From positions 20,790 through 41,527 of the forward strand of contig MTSL01000128.1 of the NCBI GenBank assembly GCA_002794465.1: DNA of 20,738 bases. Reading direction: 5' to 3'. The notes under the pieces were generated by a model. It saw only the letters and a program-made list of their open reading frames with translations. It was not told where the DNA came from and searched no databases. Within the stretch, counting starts at the first letter, position 1. Every line of letters begins with the position of its first letter. The translations under genes and the position numbers were made by a program. Shown here in pieces: positions 8,415-17,720 of the stretch. The DNA comes from Paramicrosporidium saccamoebae KSL3 (lineage: Eukaryota > Fungi > Cryptomycota).

Positions 8415-10194
8415 TTAGTAAAAAGTGGAAAAACGAGTAGAATAGTAATTGGCAACGGCAGGGTTTTGAGAGAAACAATGCACTGTGCCAAAGTCGGTGC
8501 CCACAAAGAGAGTGGAATCGTCGGTGGAGACGGAAATACAGTTGACTTGATGACCAATGGATATCTCCTGGACGGGCCGGAGATGATTGAGACTGTGGAT
8601 TTTGAGCATCCCATCCATGCCGCCTGTGACGAGACGACCATCGCCCAGCCAATGCACTCCCATGAGAGAATCGGTGGGAGTGGCAACACTATGAGAGAAA
8701 TGCAGCATGGGGCGTTGGACGTAGCGCGTGTCATAAACAAAGACGGAATTGTCGCTCATCTCGCCACATGCAATGTATGTGCCACAATTACTAAACCGCA
8801 GAGAATCCATGTCCATCTGGTTGGTGAGGACAGTGTGAATGAGCGAATGACTCTTTGGATCAACAAGATAAAACGCGCCGGTGCCAAACATGTCGTCTAT
8901 GACGCCACCAGTGCCAACGGCAACCATTGTGGAGCTTTGGTCCATGGTGGAAAGACCTTTGGTGGATCGGAAAAGGACCTGTTTGCATCCCTTTGTCGCG
9001 TCATATCGGTATAACAGGCCACCTGCCGACTCTGCTCGATATCCCACGAGTGCCAAAATAGCGTCTTCATTAAAGGCGGCATAATCAACCGAATTACACC
9101 ACCGCCGCTCTGACCCGGGAATCAACTGTACAGACTTTAACTGCGGCGACAGGGCATCGGCGCTTTCTGGATCATCACATCCAATCAGATGAATACGCCT
9201 AATCTATGAAATAGAAACTACAATGTTACCCGTCTTGTGAACCTCCCACGAGGAGGGAACGGTCGCTTTTAAGAGCGAGATTGTTAATGGGAGAAGGGCC
9301 CGTTCTGATTTCAGCAGTAGATAAGGCGCTCTTTGCCTCCCAAAATTTGACATTTCCGTCATATCCTGACGACATGAAGCAGTTGGTGCGATTGTCGTAT
9401 ATAGTCGATGTACATGTTTTTCTAATCTCTCCACAATCAATATACAATCATGAGAGTACTTTCGCCCTGTGGGTCTGTCTGGGAGTGTGCATCGAGTAAC
9501 CAACAACACACCGCGGAGGGGTCAAAGCCCAGCAGCAACACTTCGCCGGGCCGGTTGTATGTGGAATCCATCTGTGCACAAGCACCCGCCATGCACATCA
9601 TCCCGTCAATGGAGTTACGGTCATCCACTGCCAGTGATGTAAGGGGACCCGAAGCGTCCTTACACACAAACACTGGATAGTACGTCTTTGGTTCTGCATC
9701 CATCCTCCCAAATAGCTGCTGTTCCCGGAAATGATCGTATTTGGATTGTGACCTGGGAGGTGCGGCTGCTTTGCGTTGACGGGGTGGCTGCATGCAGAGT
9801 CGGGTGGGTCGTGCAAAGAATAGCTTCTTTGCACTGGTTGGGTCTCCCAGCAGCTCCTTCACGTCTTGGCTGTTCCGTCCCGGAAACAGACGTGTCGTCC
9901 GTGCATCCGTCGTCGCAACATCCAATTCACGAATCGCATTATAATACGTCTCTTCTTTCTCTGTCAATGGCGAATGTATCACTAAAATCAGAACTGTTTA
10001 AAGTATACGGGTGTCCTCTTCCAAAAATGCGGTATCGTGGGCGGTCGAGGCCAGTGCCTCCAATCGACTATTTGAACAGTACGGCCGTCGCTGACTAGCA
10101 TGTCGTGTGAGAACCAACTGCAATTCTTCCCGGTATGCCGATATCTAAAATTACGACTGAACCGGTGCATTACAATGGGGTCGGACGCCCTCAT
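8415..10194 (-). CDS. WD40 DCAF-type protein, probable Raf1/Dos1 (Rik1-associated factor)-like; join(10194..10174, 10144..10009, 9981..9460, 9428..9230, 9198..8415), 553 aa
   Basis: Four 27-31 nt introns fuse the track fragments into one 1662-nt frame. The junction at 9199-9229 creates the WD element GGSQDG|RIHL. Motifs RRPY, LIHSPLTEKE, LFPGR, SGPLTSL, AGACAQMDSTYNRPGEVLL, SSGYDGNVKFW, YDTR and VTGGMDG resemble fungal Raf1-family DCAFs as recalled from memory. The WD40 fold is secure; the Raf1 orthology is not. Confidence 0.75.
9199..9229 (-). other. 31-nt spliceosomal intron, phase 2 (GTAACA...GATTAG)
   Basis: Removes an in-frame TAA and yields LLVGGSQDG-RIHLIG. Confidence 0.85.
9429..9459 (-). 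other. 31-nt intron, phase 1 (GTACTC...GTGGAG), GAG acceptor
   Basis: Of three nearby AGs, only this one restores the frame with the GTA donor, giving DPQGE-KIRKTCTSTIYD. Confidence 0.65.
9982..10008 (-). other. 27-nt intron, phase 1 (GTATAC...CTGATTTTAG)
   Basis: CTGAT branch-like motif and an in-frame TAA inside; joins ...FLEEDT-LIHSPLTE. Confidence 0.8.
10145..10173 (-). other. 29-nt intron, phase 0 (GTAATG...GTAATTTTAG)
   Basis: Connects a 7-codon first exon MRASDPI to an exon that otherwise has no ATG. Confidence 0.7.
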
Positions 10195-10276
10195 CAAATA
10201 AACGTTAAAGCAAAATGTAGTATTCAATGCGGTTATTTTATTATGTAATGGCAAGGGAAGGGGGAAGGGGGGAGGA

Positions 10277-10413
10277 GGGAAAGTATCGCGTATTGGGAAA
10301 TATCACGTAACGGGAAGTGTAGCGTAATGGAAAGTGCCACGTAACGGGAAATTTCGCGTAATGGGAAATGTCGCGTAATGGGAAACGTCACTTAACGGAA
10401 AATGTCACGTGGT
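10277..10413. repeat. 17-bp tandem array x8, consensus GGGAAATGTCRCGTAAY, upstream of the Raf1-like gene
   Basis: gggaaagtatcgcgtatt / gggaaatatcacgtaac / gggaagtgtagcgtaat / ggaaagtgccacgtaac / gggaaatttcgcgtaat / gggaaatgtcgcgtaat / gggaaacgtcacttaac / ggaaaatgtcacgtggt. Confidence 0.9.
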
Positions 10414-10560
10414 GGCAAGATCTCACCGACTTTGCCAGGCAGGAAGAAAAGAGAGCTCTTTTGCTGTTATTAACTGCCATTAATTGGCGTCTACTGTTAA
10501 TTAAACGCCCTATTTATAGTCTCGCAATAAAGCATCAACCCTCGACGCCACAGATACAAA

Positions 10561-10593
10561 TCTCACTGTCCTCAAATGCCCAGATAATCAATC
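10561..10593. repeat. Dispersed 33-bp intergenic element, copy 2
   Basis: 28/33 identity to 8252-8284, same orientation. Confidence 0.75.
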
Positions 10594-10653
10594 GACATAT
10601 TGCGCGCTTTGACTTTTTTACATTGAATCTCTCAATCTCGACAATTTTATTAC

Positions 10654-12484
10654 TTAACGGGCGGGTTCTGACTGTTTTTCACGTTGAGCTTTACTATCGA
10701 TCCAAAAACTTAAAAAACCCCGTGCCTCTCTTAGGGTCATTTGCTCAGTCTCGTCACTATCGTTAAAGGAAACGGTCGATATTGCAAAGGGGATGCCAAA
10801 AAATAAGTAGGCGATGGATCGCAGAACCTCCATTGCATCTCTAGGGGTCAGTTCGAAGAATAGTGAGGGAAAGAGTATATGGACTGGCAATTTTATCTTG
10901 TGGTGCTTGTGTTTGTGGTGCATGTAGGTAATCATAAAGAACTTGTCGTCTGGGGCTTCTAGGCTCAGCAATCGTCCCCATTCACTTGCGGCCAAGATTC
11001 CATGGTATCGCTTTATGACAAGGCAGAAAATTTCAGCACTGTTGATGGATTCTTCAAAGGCAGTGATGAGCGCCAGTGGGTTAGGACATGTGGATATGCT
11101 CAAATGCAACGAAAGTAACAGGCTGAGACGGCAAATTGCCAAGTATGGGAGCATTTTGTCCACTTGAGTTTTTGAAATGGAAAAGTACATTTCTGCAATT
11201 CGTCGGTGTCCGCAACTTGGAGTCTGGCCATCCTGCCAGCCAGAAACCTCAAGGAAGAGCTCCACACTGGTGGAAAAATGACGAAAAACGGCATGATCTG
11301 AGAAAATTTGTTCATCAATCGAAGCACCCGGCTTCCCATTTAGTAAATTTTGCAAAAATGGAAAAAATACCATAATGCTATTGGCAAATGGTGTGCCGCT
11401 GAGGTTCCCAAAACGTTCAGCAAAAAGTTGCGGAGAGATGGCGTAAAGAGTTTTGACATAGGTGAGAAAGTTCTTATCGTAGTGACGCCAGTCGCCATCT
11501 CCTTCCACAGAGAGTTCGGCGACAAGATCCCACAAATCGGGCATCCATTCTTCCCCAGGGCAATCCCGATTCACCAATTCCTGAACAGTAAGTTTGAATA
11601 GGGCGTATTTATCCAAGTCCTGAGCGGTGGGATTCAATAGGGAGTGCTCGTTCAATTCCAAAACATCTGTAATGGCTCTCTGTGCCCACTCGCTTACAAG
11701 TTTATCAGAGAGCTTCTCAATGTTCGGCACGAGTAGCAAATATGCTTCATCTATGGGTGGTGGATTGTGTATAGCCATGTATTCAAAAAGCTCATCATCC
11801 AGAGAAGAGGCAAAGTGGGCATCAAATAAAAGTCGCTCATACGCTGGCTTCACTGCCTTGGTGAGCGACCTTGCCATTCTGAGCCATTTAAAATCGTTAC
11901 AAGAGGGGATCTGACTAGCAGGGAGCAGCTGATACAGCATGACATTGCAATATTCTTCAGAAGTTTCATGACTAAAAGTGGTAGTAAATAATTCAGTAAA
12001 TAATCTCGCATCTTCTACCGAGAGGGTCCTGCAGAGACCCGACCAGTCCTGATAAAAGGCTTCCAAGGCTTCATAGACCTCGTCATCATCAAGAGGTCTT
12101 ACGCATTGGTGTAGCTTAGAGTACATTAAAGAACGATTCTCCGGTGAATCGCGCGTGAACGAAACTTGGACCGGCTGATGACCGACTATGACAGTGCGCA
12201 TCTATACGAGTTAGCGCGGCTGTCTTAATTACAGAAAGGGGTAGATAAACAACGTTATCTTTCTCTCCATGAGGAACAAGACATTTTAATGGGTGCAGTT
12301 CATTAGAGTTGACCGAAATGTAGAGGGCTCCAGGCATATTGACTCCGATAGTGTGCTTGACATTGGCATACAGTGCTTCTGGAACACTTGTGCACAATTT
12401 TTCGTGTACCGCCAGGCTGAATGTCGATGTAATTTTCGCACTCGACACTAGCGCTATCAAGGCACAAAGCATGGTGGGCAGCAT
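10654..12484 (-). CDS. Uncharacterised secreted protein, family A (A3); join(12484..12233, 12201..10654), 599 aa
   Basis: Signal peptide MLPTMLCALIALVSSA. A 31-nt phase-0 intron joins the 122-aa and 515-aa track ORFs. Collinear paralog of 12855-14663. Confidence 0.85.
12202..12232 (-). other. 31-nt intron, phase 0 (GTAATT...GCTAACTCGTATAG)
   Basis: Canonical CTAAC branch site; same codon position as the intron in paralog A4. Confidence 0.9.
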
Positions 12485-12854
12485 GGTGTATGCTGTGCTG
12501 AAGAGTCTCGCAGACTAGGGCTGGGGGGCGGATTGCCAGAATAAGGACTTGAGGCCCTACTATTGGTGGGATAGTTTGTGATGATATCCGATTGATCAAG
12601 TCAGTCCAACCGGAATGGACCAATTATTGAGCGAAAGTTTGCGCAATGTGTAAAGTAGCCTGACGACTGCCATAGTCATGGGTTTATTTACCAATTGATG
12701 ATAGTCGAGTTTCCTTTCGGTTCGTTGAATCAACAGTGAGCAGCAATGAATGAGTGAACGAGTCTTCCTTCTCGTCTCTTCCGCCTGACTTGGTTCATGA
12801 TATTTTTTCCACTACGTGACAAACCCTGACTACGCCACAAATCAGTCAGCCATT

Positions 12855-14663
12855 TTATTGTTTCTCGCTAAACGTCAGGGTGCATTTACTGCTGGCTTGA
12901 CCCTCTAACCAAAAATCTAACAAGTATGCCAGATCTCGGGGGTCCATTTGGTCATCTTGATCAATTCCAGTAATATGGATGGCAGATTTGGAGAAAGGAA
13001 CATTAAGAAGAAGAAAGGCTATCGATCTCAGGATACCAATAACATTGTTGGATGGTAGCTCAAATATTGTTAGGGGAATGACGAGTGAGAAGGGAGACTC
13101 TGCCGTGCGATCCTTGTGTTGGTCGTACAGGTTGATGATAATGGTGAAAAACATGTCCTTTAGGCGTGTCGAGTACAGCATCTTTTCCCAGTCATCTGAG
13201 GAGAGTGTCTCGTTGCATCTCTTTAGGATAAAACAGAGACTCCCTGCCCCGCGAATAGCTTGTTGGAATGATGACACAAGCTCTAGCCGGCTCATGGGCG
13301 GACTAATACTTAGAATAAGTGAAAGCAGATGGTTAAGTCGCTCTTTTGCCGCGTAATTTAATAATCCGTGCTTGAAACGCTTCGCAACGACGGTGGATAT
13401 TTCTGCAATCAGTCTGTGCCCGGTACTTGGAGCTTGGCCATCCTGCCAACCGGAGATTTGAAGGAAAAAGTCCAAACTCTGGAAAAAGTGGCATCTGGAA
13501 TTTCGGTTCTTGATTGTTGCAAGCGGGCGCGTCGTCCGACCCTCTAGCCGCTCTTGGAAAATTGGAAAAAGCAAGGTGATGCAACGTGCAAATGTTTGGC
13601 CCTCCTTAGGGCTGTGTTTTCCATCAAAGAGTTGTGGAGAGATGTTATAAAGAATCTTGATGTAGGTGAGAAAGTGTCGGTTGTCCCAACGCCAGTCGTC
13701 CAGAGTTGAAACTGACAATGAGGTGACCTCGGTCCAGATCTGAGGCTGCCAATTTTTACAATTTCGCTTCACCAGTTCATTGACAGCGAATTTAAAAAAA
13801 TCGTATGCATCCGTGTTTGGAGATGGCGTGATGGTATCGATTGCCCATGCAGCTACAGTGTCGCAGGAGAGCTTGTGAATATTTGGCTTGAATAAATGAT
13901 ATAAATCATTAAAAGTAATTGTCTCCTTTTTCAACATGAGCTGAAACGAGGCGTCATCCAGAGAACCGGCAAAGCGATCGTCATACACAAGTCGGTCATA
14001 TGCTGGCTCTAGGTCGACTATATTCATCCTGTCGGCGCTGAGGAGCAAAAATTCCTCAACTGAAGGGACTGGCATCCCAGGAACCAGTTGATACAAGAAA
14101 AGTCTAAAATATTTCTTGAGAGGATGCTTACACAAAGCGGTGAATGTTTTGATAAACGTCTCCTTGTCATGTTCAGAGAGAACCCGGATAAGACTTGACC
14201 AATCTCGGTAAAACTCTTCAAATAAAGGCACTGCTGTCTCCAATTTTGAAATGCCCGCAAAGCGAAAGCATATTTTGGCGTTCATTATATCATAGTTGTA
14301 CGGCGAATTACGAGTAAACACAACACTGACCGATTGGATCTCGTCCATCTCGTAAAATATCTACAGGGTCAATATGGCAGAATTTGTTACAGATTGAGGC
14401 ATAAAGATAACATTTTCTGCTTCCTCATGGGCACAAAGCTTTTGTACTAGATAGAGGCGACCAGAATTGACCGAGATGTATAGCCCTCCGGGCACTCGAA
14501 GGCCTATGCTTTTCTTAATATCGGCATACAGGCGACCAGGCACACTCACACAGGTTTGTTTGCATGAGGCCAGGTTGAACTCTGAAACACTGGTTGAGCC
14601 CGATCCAAGCGATACAAAAACGAGCAACACGAACACTAGTCTGAAAAACTTTGACGTAAGCAT
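12855..14663 (-). CDS. Uncharacterised secreted protein, family A (A4); join(14663..14391, 14360..12855), 592 aa (alternative ATG at 14693)
   Basis: Signal peptide MLTSKFFRLVFVLLVFVSLGSGS. A 30-nt phase-0 intron removes an in-frame TAG. Aligns with A3 throughout (FTRxSP, FYxDWS, LYQL, FLTY.K.LY.ISPQLF, SGWQDGQxPSxGHR, LRSIAxL). Confidence 0.85.
14361..14390 (-). other. 30-nt intron, phase 0 (GTAACA...TTGACCCTGTAG)
   Basis: After splicing, A3 and A4 align without gaps across the junction (PLS|MRTVIVGHQPVQVSFTRDSP vs PQS|IFYEMDEIQSVSVVFTRNSP). Confidence 0.9.
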
Positions 14664-14909
14664 CTGTTGACCGGGGGCGCGAACGCAATACATCTGGACT
14701 TTGACCTTTTCCCGCTTACTGAGCAGACAGTCACAACTATCTTAAGAGATATATACAGTCTGTTGTGATCGACCCTAACGTAAGAAACAATACTGCCCAA
14801 TGCTGTGCAAAAGGACATGTGTATGATGAATTATTTATCAAGGGATGATTCCATGTATATCTCAGTCCTCTTGACAGCTTTTTAAGAACAACAAAACTAC
14901 AATTCACTC

Positions 14910-17514
14910 TTATGTATATTGGAAACACGAAAACGACATGCTGCTATACTTGTCGGTCTGGCGGACAATCTGATCTACGAGCTTCTTGGTCTCGTCTGGG
15001 CCGGGCTGATCCTGGCATCCGCCTTCCAAGGTTGCATTGATGGCGGTAAATAGATCCAAGGCCTCTTGATCCATAATTGTTATCAATTTGTTTTGGACTA
15101 GTGTAACTTCGGTTCGGAGCTGAAGATAGCCGCCGGCCCCAAATTCTCGGATCATCCGAACGCAGCGGAGGAATTCCTGGAAAATGTCCATCACCAACAT
15201 TGACATTAGGCTCCGGAGGATCGAGGAAGAGACGTCGTATATTTGGGTTTGGATCGCCACGAGCTCGAGAAGGAGCGTCTGGATGTATGGACGAAGGGTT
15301 TGAGGATGACGCACATCCATCCAGTCAAAGCCGCTATTGATGGTGCCAGTTCGGACCAGAGAAATCAGGCGGTTCCTCTTTTCGTCAAGGAACCGCTGTT
15401 TGACAGCATCCTCGATGCGGTCCAAGGTGGAGATGACAGCTTGCCTTGGCTCCTCGCCAACTCTGCCAAGAGTATTAGAGTGTGCCTCAAATAGATGGGG
15501 GATGGCCACCTGTCGCAAATACAAAATGTTGGTCATGACCGTCAGCAGCTTGTAGGAGACGCTCAGATCAACGAGTCCAACATTTTCCTTTTGCACATCG
15601 ACAGCAGCCACAATGCTATCCGGGTCGTTCGCATCTTTGGCCTCCATGACGAGATCCCTCAGCGAATTGAGGAATGCGCAAATGGCGTCAGAGAGTCTCT
15701 TGTCAATACCCTTTACTGGGGGCTGTGCTGTTCCGCCGATGGCATCTTGCAAAGCACAGAGTATAGCAGAGGATCCATCGATCAGAGAGATTAAAAGAGT
15801 CTCGAACCCCTTGACGAGTACTGTCGAAAAGTCAAATCCCTCACCGCTGGATTGCCACGTCTCAAAGGTGGGAAGTAGGGCACAGTCTTCATCTGCAGAG
15901 TCCCAAATTGACTTTATAAATATTGACACGGACTGCTCCACGGCCAGTTGGGTCGCTGCGACTATATTGGAAGGTGCTTTGCAGTCAATGGTGGAGAGGA
16001 GCATTTCACATAGCTGGCCCACCGCTTTGGTGGCATAATGCATGGTAACAATTGAGCTCTCCTGAATGTCATTATGTGCAATAATGTCGGGCGAGAGAGC
16101 TTGCTGGATCAGGGAGGGGAACAGTTGGGCAAAGTCATTTGCATATTCTTGAATGCCCTGTTCGTATCCAGCAATTTCCTGCGTCTTGCGGCTCTTGTCA
16201 CGTACAAACCTCCCACTGAGGAGAGCGTTGAGAAATTTTCCAAAATCCAAATAAAATTTCGTGTAGAGATCAGTGATGGTGTAGAAGAAGGAGGCACGAA
16301 TCTTCCAGCATTGTACAATGTCTACATGAAGCATGCCCATACGGTGGCCCTGTCGACGCTGCACCATGGATAGCAGGATCCGAGGAACCGCCTCCGTATC
16401 GATATCAGCAGGGACGCGAGAAATTTCCTCAATGTTTCTCGCGAGAGCCGTCCGACATTGCTCAAAAATATTGTCTTTGCGATGGTGGAAAAAGGTCTTG
16501 ACTGGATCTGGATGTGCATCCAGATCGATCAAAAAATCAATCAGCTTGGAATGGACTTTGTATGTAAACACGGAATTTGACAGCTTGCAATTCAAGTCTG
16601 CCCGCAGCCTTGTCAGTGTCTTGTCCACATGGCCCGCCCAAGTCTTGTGAAGAAGCGACTTGAGGGTGTGGTTTGTGGCATCTTGCATCATAGTCTTTGC
16701 CTTTCTGTAATCGAAAACGGCCGTTTGGTATTCTCCCACTTTCATGGACTGCTCCAGACGGTAACCCAGAGAAAAGATGAATGAGTATTGGCTAAATAGT
16801 TCTAGCTTGCGACGGATCTTTAGCTCTTGCTCTCGACGAACCATCAAGGTGCCATACACATCTTCAGCCCGCTGGTATGCAACCGAGGCTGCCTCGATGG
16901 CCTTTCTCATTCCATGATCCTGGTCGGTGAGACGACGCTGTTGCATGTTCTTAAAGACGAGTTCGGTGGAATTTTTGGCGTTTACAAAGCGCTCAAAGTT
17001 TTGCTTTACCAGATTTTTAAGGGACTCGTTTCTTTGATAGCTGGCGCTTTCGAGATTGTGTCGGCCTCGAACCAGGCTGTCGAAATCAGTGTCGCCGTGG
17101 ATTTCCTTGAGAAAGGAGCGAGGGTCAAAGTTGGCATTTGTTACTACAATGGAAACACTTGGGACATCCAGCTGCGACACGGATTCATCGCCGGTCTCTG
17201 TAATTGGCGCACTTTTTGACAGCAAAACTTGACGGATGAATGCTGGGTCTTTAATATCGAGCGGGTCAGAATCGTCCCTGAGGAGTTGTCGAGCAGAATC
17301 AAGACTGGCTAGACTTGACATTATTTGCTCAGTAGATGCCTCTCCCTTGATTGCTGACTTTGAAGGCTGAATGCTAATTGACGATACCCCGCCATCCCGC
17401 CATTCTGTGGGTGTTAGATTGTCCAGTCCATAGAATTCGAGCACTATTTGTTAGAACGTCTCCTAAACCAATACCATCATTTTGTTCTTCTACTGTCCAG
17501 TTGTCAATTGTCAT
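14910..17514 (-). CDS. SEC5: Exocyst complex component Sec5/EXOC2; join(17514..17475, 17443..14910), 857 aa
   Basis: FDPRSFLKEIHGDTDFDSLVRGRHNLESA...SLKNLVKQNFERFVNAKNS; F..FIFSL...L...GEYQTAVFDYRKAK; C-terminal LRPYIQTLLLELVAI...FGAGGYLQLRTEV. The spliced N-terminus EEQNDVLEFYGLDNLTPTEW resembles fungal Sec5. Confidence 0.92.
17444..17474 (-). other. 31-nt intron, phase 1 (GTATTG...TCTAACAAATAG)
   Basis: CTAAC branch site; supplies an ATG-initiated first exon MTIDNWTVEEQND to an ORF that otherwise starts at GTG. Confidence 0.9.
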
Positions 17515-17518
17515 GAGC

Positions 17519-17566
17519 GGGGTGGGGGTGGGGGTTGGGGTCGAGGTGAGGGTGAGGGTGGGAGTG
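17519..17566 (+). repeat. G-rich 6-bp repeat (GGGGTG/AGGGTG) x8 immediately upstream of the SEC5 ATG; G-quadruplex-capable
   Basis: ggggtg ggggtg ggggtt ggggtc gaggtg agggtg agggtg ggagtg; four G4-5 runs with 1-2 nt loops. Confidence 0.75.
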
Positions 17567-17720
17567 AGCGAGTATAGATCGATGGACCAGGGACAAAGTG
17601 TATTTACTGCAAGCTTTACAAACATTTTAGTGCAAGTGTCATTATTAGGCGGCTAGTACTCTGTAATCAATCGGAACAAAGAGTGTATTTAAAAAGTTAC
17701 ATGGTTAGAGCAAGGGCCCC

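Noticed and set aside
10277-10413. CRISPR-like appearance of the 17-bp and 20-bp arrays
   Set aside because: Units are contiguous without unique spacers, there are no cas genes, and the context is eukaryotic.
14910-17514. SEC5 lying between the secreted families as a dedicated secretion cluster
   Set aside because: SEC5 is a universal housekeeping gene and a single adjacency in a gene-dense genome is not evidence.
17543-17560. AGGGTG units (and the TAGTG repeat at 2658) as interstitial telomere repeats
   Set aside because: No TTAGGG unit, too few and too degenerate copies.
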